Below, in pieces: positions 62,328 through 64,000 of a DNA stretch of 64,000 nt (the first letter of the stretch is position 1; each line of letters begins with the position of its first letter). The DNA lies in assembly GCF_009914755.1 (NCBI RefSeq), contig NC_060931.1. One strand, given 5' to 3'. The translations under genes and the position numbers were made by a program. Under the pieces are notes generated by a model that made no database searches, had not been told where the DNA came from, and saw only the letters and a list, made by a program, of their open reading frames with translations. Source of the stretch: the human T2T-CHM13v2.0 reference genome, Homo sapiens.

Positions 62328-64000
<1,673 letters not shown>

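Overview
Primate (human-like) non-coding genomic DNA, more than half of it recognisable interspersed repeat. No protein-coding gene, tRNA, rRNA, snRNA or CRISPR array could be supported. The long ORFs in the track are decayed LINE-1 ORF1/ORF2/ORF0, Alu or LTR read-throughs. 1-4 kb is L2/MIR-rich. 4.2-11.3 kb is an old + strand L1M with nested Alus, an L1PA15/16-like element and a THE1 LTR. 11.5-12.6 kb is a solo LTR12 (ERV9) carrying an AluY. 12.7-41.7 kb is a mostly unique/old-repeat interval with a promoter-like segment (about 12.9-13.9 kb), two enhancer-like motif clusters (about 15.1 and 17.9 kb) and candidate non-coding exons on both strands. 41.7-64 kb is a block of nested, almost all minus-strand L1s (full-length L1PA6-like with intact ORF0, L1MB, L1PB, a twin-primed L1PA3, L1PA7). 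The best-supported unusual observations are DNA repair and retrotransposition scars read directly from the sequence: locally templated insertions, a triple target-site duplication, an L1-associated deletion and a 5' inversion. The lncRNA and enhancer models are inference. All repeat subfamily calls were made by eye from remembered consensus sequences and need RepeatMasker/Dfam confirmation. I found no evidence for a wholly new biological system.
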